Shown in pieces: positions 49,078-51,407 of a stretch of 51,407 bases of DNA (position 1 is the stretch's first letter; each line of letters begins with the position of its first letter). Where the stretch lies: contig JALDZS010000166.1 in assembly GCA_022813965.1 (NCBI GenBank), positions 1-51,407 on the forward strand, written 5' to 3'. The notes under the pieces were generated by a model that worked only from the letters and a program-made list of their open reading frames with translations, did not search any database and was not told the origin of the DNA. The DNA comes from Toensbergia leucococca (lineage: Eukaryota). The position numbers and the translations under genes were made by a program.

Positions 49078-51407
49078 ATGTAAGCTCACCTATCCTGTCG
49101 GCCTCGACTACCACCAAATTTTGATTGCAGCATAGGTGTGAGTCTCATTGGAAATCCACTCCGTCCATGCCCCAGCTTTTATGCTCAAAAATGGTGCAGC
49201 GAAAATCGACAAGCTTTCTATTCTGGGGTCTGTATTGATATCTATGTATTCGTGTATACCTGGCTTATTTTATGATCTAGAGTTCGGTCTTTCGACAACA
49301 CCAGGAGCGAGACAATCCAATTCCACACTCCCTTGACTCTCATAGTCGGATATAACGGCTCTGGGAAGACGGTATATTGGGGAAGAAATCTCTTTTGTGG
49401 TCATAACTGAAATTTTTAGACCATCATCGAGTGTCTCAAGTATGCGACTACCGGGGATTTACCACCAAATAGCAAAGGTGGAGCTTTCATTCATGACCCC
49501 AAGGTATACAAGTTCCTGCCAGTATGGAGACGTGGGTTGACGATATTCTACAGCTATGTGGCGAGAAAGAAGTCCTTGCACAAGTCAAGCTTTCGTTCAA
49601 GAGTACCTCTGGAGCTAAAATGGTCGCAACTCGGAGCCTGCAGCTGACAGTCAAGAAAACCACAAGACAACAGAAGACACTCGAAGGTCAATTACTGATG
49701 GTCAAGGATGGGGAGAGAACTGCAATATCGTCACGAGTGGCAGAATTGGATCAGATACTACCCCAATATCTTGGCGTATCTAAAGCCATCTTAGATTCCG
49801 TCATCTTTTGTCATCAGGATGAAAGTTTGTGGCCAATGAGTGAGCCCTCGGCCCTGAAGAAGAAGTTCGACGAGATTTTTGAGGCTCTAAAGTACACCAA
49901 AGCAATCGATAACATCAAAGCACTACGGAAGAAACAAAATGAAGAGCTAGCAAAGTATAAGATCATAGAACAGCATTCCAAGGAAGATAAGAACAAGGCC
50001 GATCGGGTGAGTGATCGAGGGTCGTTATTCGTACACCCACTAACCTGAACCTAGGCCGAAAAGAGATCAACGGAATTGGCAGAAGAACTTGAGGTTCTTC
50101 GAGTTGAAATGCATGATCTCAATACAAAAGCGAAGGAAGCACACACCAAAGCAGAAGATGCATGGAACAATGCAGCACAGTATCAAAATGTGGTAGAGAA
50201 ATTAAAGGCTGCGCGGAATCAGCAGGAATGGCACCAGAGGATTTTGAACGATCTAAGGCAAGATCTCAAAGAACGTGACGAGTCCGACGAGTGGTTGCAG
50301 ACTGAGCTTGATCGATTCGAAGAACGCATGGGCATTCACGAAGATCACAAGAAGCAACAGACTCGACGATATGAGGAACTCAAACGCGAAATCGAGAATG
50401 TTCGAGAGCGGCAGCGAGTCAAGCACAGCGAGGCCGGCAAGTACGAAGAGCAGAAAGCCCATCATGAGCAGCAAATTACAAGACGAGAATCCTTGATCAA
50501 AGAGACTGCGCGTCGTCATAATATTCGTGGTTACGAGACTGATCTTGATGACATGCAGATCAATGAGTACATGGAGAGGATCACAAGGCTATGTAAAGAC
50601 CAAAATGCAAGTGTGGAGCGAGTACGTCGCGAGACCGATCGAGAAGTGCAAAAGGCGCAAGATGTGTTGAGCAAGCTTGGGGAACGACGATCAGCATTGA
50701 ACGAGAACAAGAATTCTTTCAAACAACAAACTGCCTCCAATGACAGAAAGATTGGCGCTTGCCAGTCAGACCTTGGCAACATCGAGATCGACGACGGTGG
50801 GAAAGCCTTACTTGAGTCAAACATCGGCGACCTAGATAGCAGACTTAGGAAAACAAAAGATGATCTAAGGGCTAATTCCCTAGACAACAAGATACAAGAG
50901 GGAAATATTCAGCTTCGCGGATTGGAAGACGAGAGCGAGCAACTTAATCGAGAATTGATACAAGGAACTAAGCAAGCCGGAGACCTGGCTAGACTGGACC
51001 ACTTGAAAAAAGAATTAAAGGATCGTCAGCGAAGTCTCGATACCTTGATTGGAGCTCATGGCGATAGACTCTTCAAAATCATAGGTCCTAATTGGCAAGC
51101 ATCAAGTCTCGATAATGATTTCCAAATCGTTGTGGACAAGAGGAAAACTCTAGTCAAAGAGGCAGAATGTCAAAGAGATGGAATCACTAGAGGCCTTGAG
51201 CAGATTGAATTCAAACTTAACAGTACACGAGCTGATCTAAAAAACGGGCAACAAGAACTTGAGGCTTGCGAGAAGCGTATTAAAAGGACTACTCAGGAGG
51301 GAGACCCTGAAGATTATCCCGAGTATTTAGCGTTAGTCCAGACTGATCGCGACATCAGACAGAAGGATGTTGAGGCCTTCAACATTATGAGAAGCTGGTA
51401 CACTGAC
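49078..51407 (+). CDS. RAD50: DNA repair protein Rad50, 5' part; continues past the window end
   Basis: Spliced [17 protein letters not shown]...[57 protein letters not shown]...[32 protein letters not shown], followed by a long coiled coil. Confidence 0.97.

Noticed and set aside
1..51407. tRNA, rRNA, CRISPR arrays, intact transposons, PKS/NRPS core genes
   Set aside because: None recognised; this is a eukaryotic gene-dense region.

Overview
This is a gene-dense window from a filamentous ascomycete (Pezizomycotina; lineage inferred from gene content and short GT-AG introns with CTRAY-type branch sites). About 20 intron-containing protein-coding genes can be reconstructed by hand. From left to right: het-C (5' part), a Pth11-like membrane protein, a cytochrome P450, an FAD-linked oxidoreductase, urease, an Hmo1-like HMG-box protein, MCR1, a DHA1 MFS transporter, a UPF0658 membrane protein, PP4R2/Psy4, a membrane RING-H2 ligase, Ngg1/Ada3, a small orphan membrane protein, Rrg1 methyltransferase, a conserved hypothetical protein, MDM12, an ABCC transporter, PXA1, white collar-2 and RAD50 (5' part). 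Most of the window is ordinary housekeeping content, and I found no clearly novel multi-gene system. The most notable observations are: (1) a RAD50 start codon apparently split by an intron plus a 2-nt micro-exon; (2) wc-2 and RAD50 head-to-head about 226 bp apart; (3) a ~1.6 kb highly self-complementary non-coding stretch next to MDM12 that may be a large structured RNA; (4) a decayed piggyBac transposase tail inside a core-less P450/FAD-oxidase/Pth11 mini-cluster; (5) two GC-AG introns; and (6) a strong C-rich to G-rich switch within many genes.
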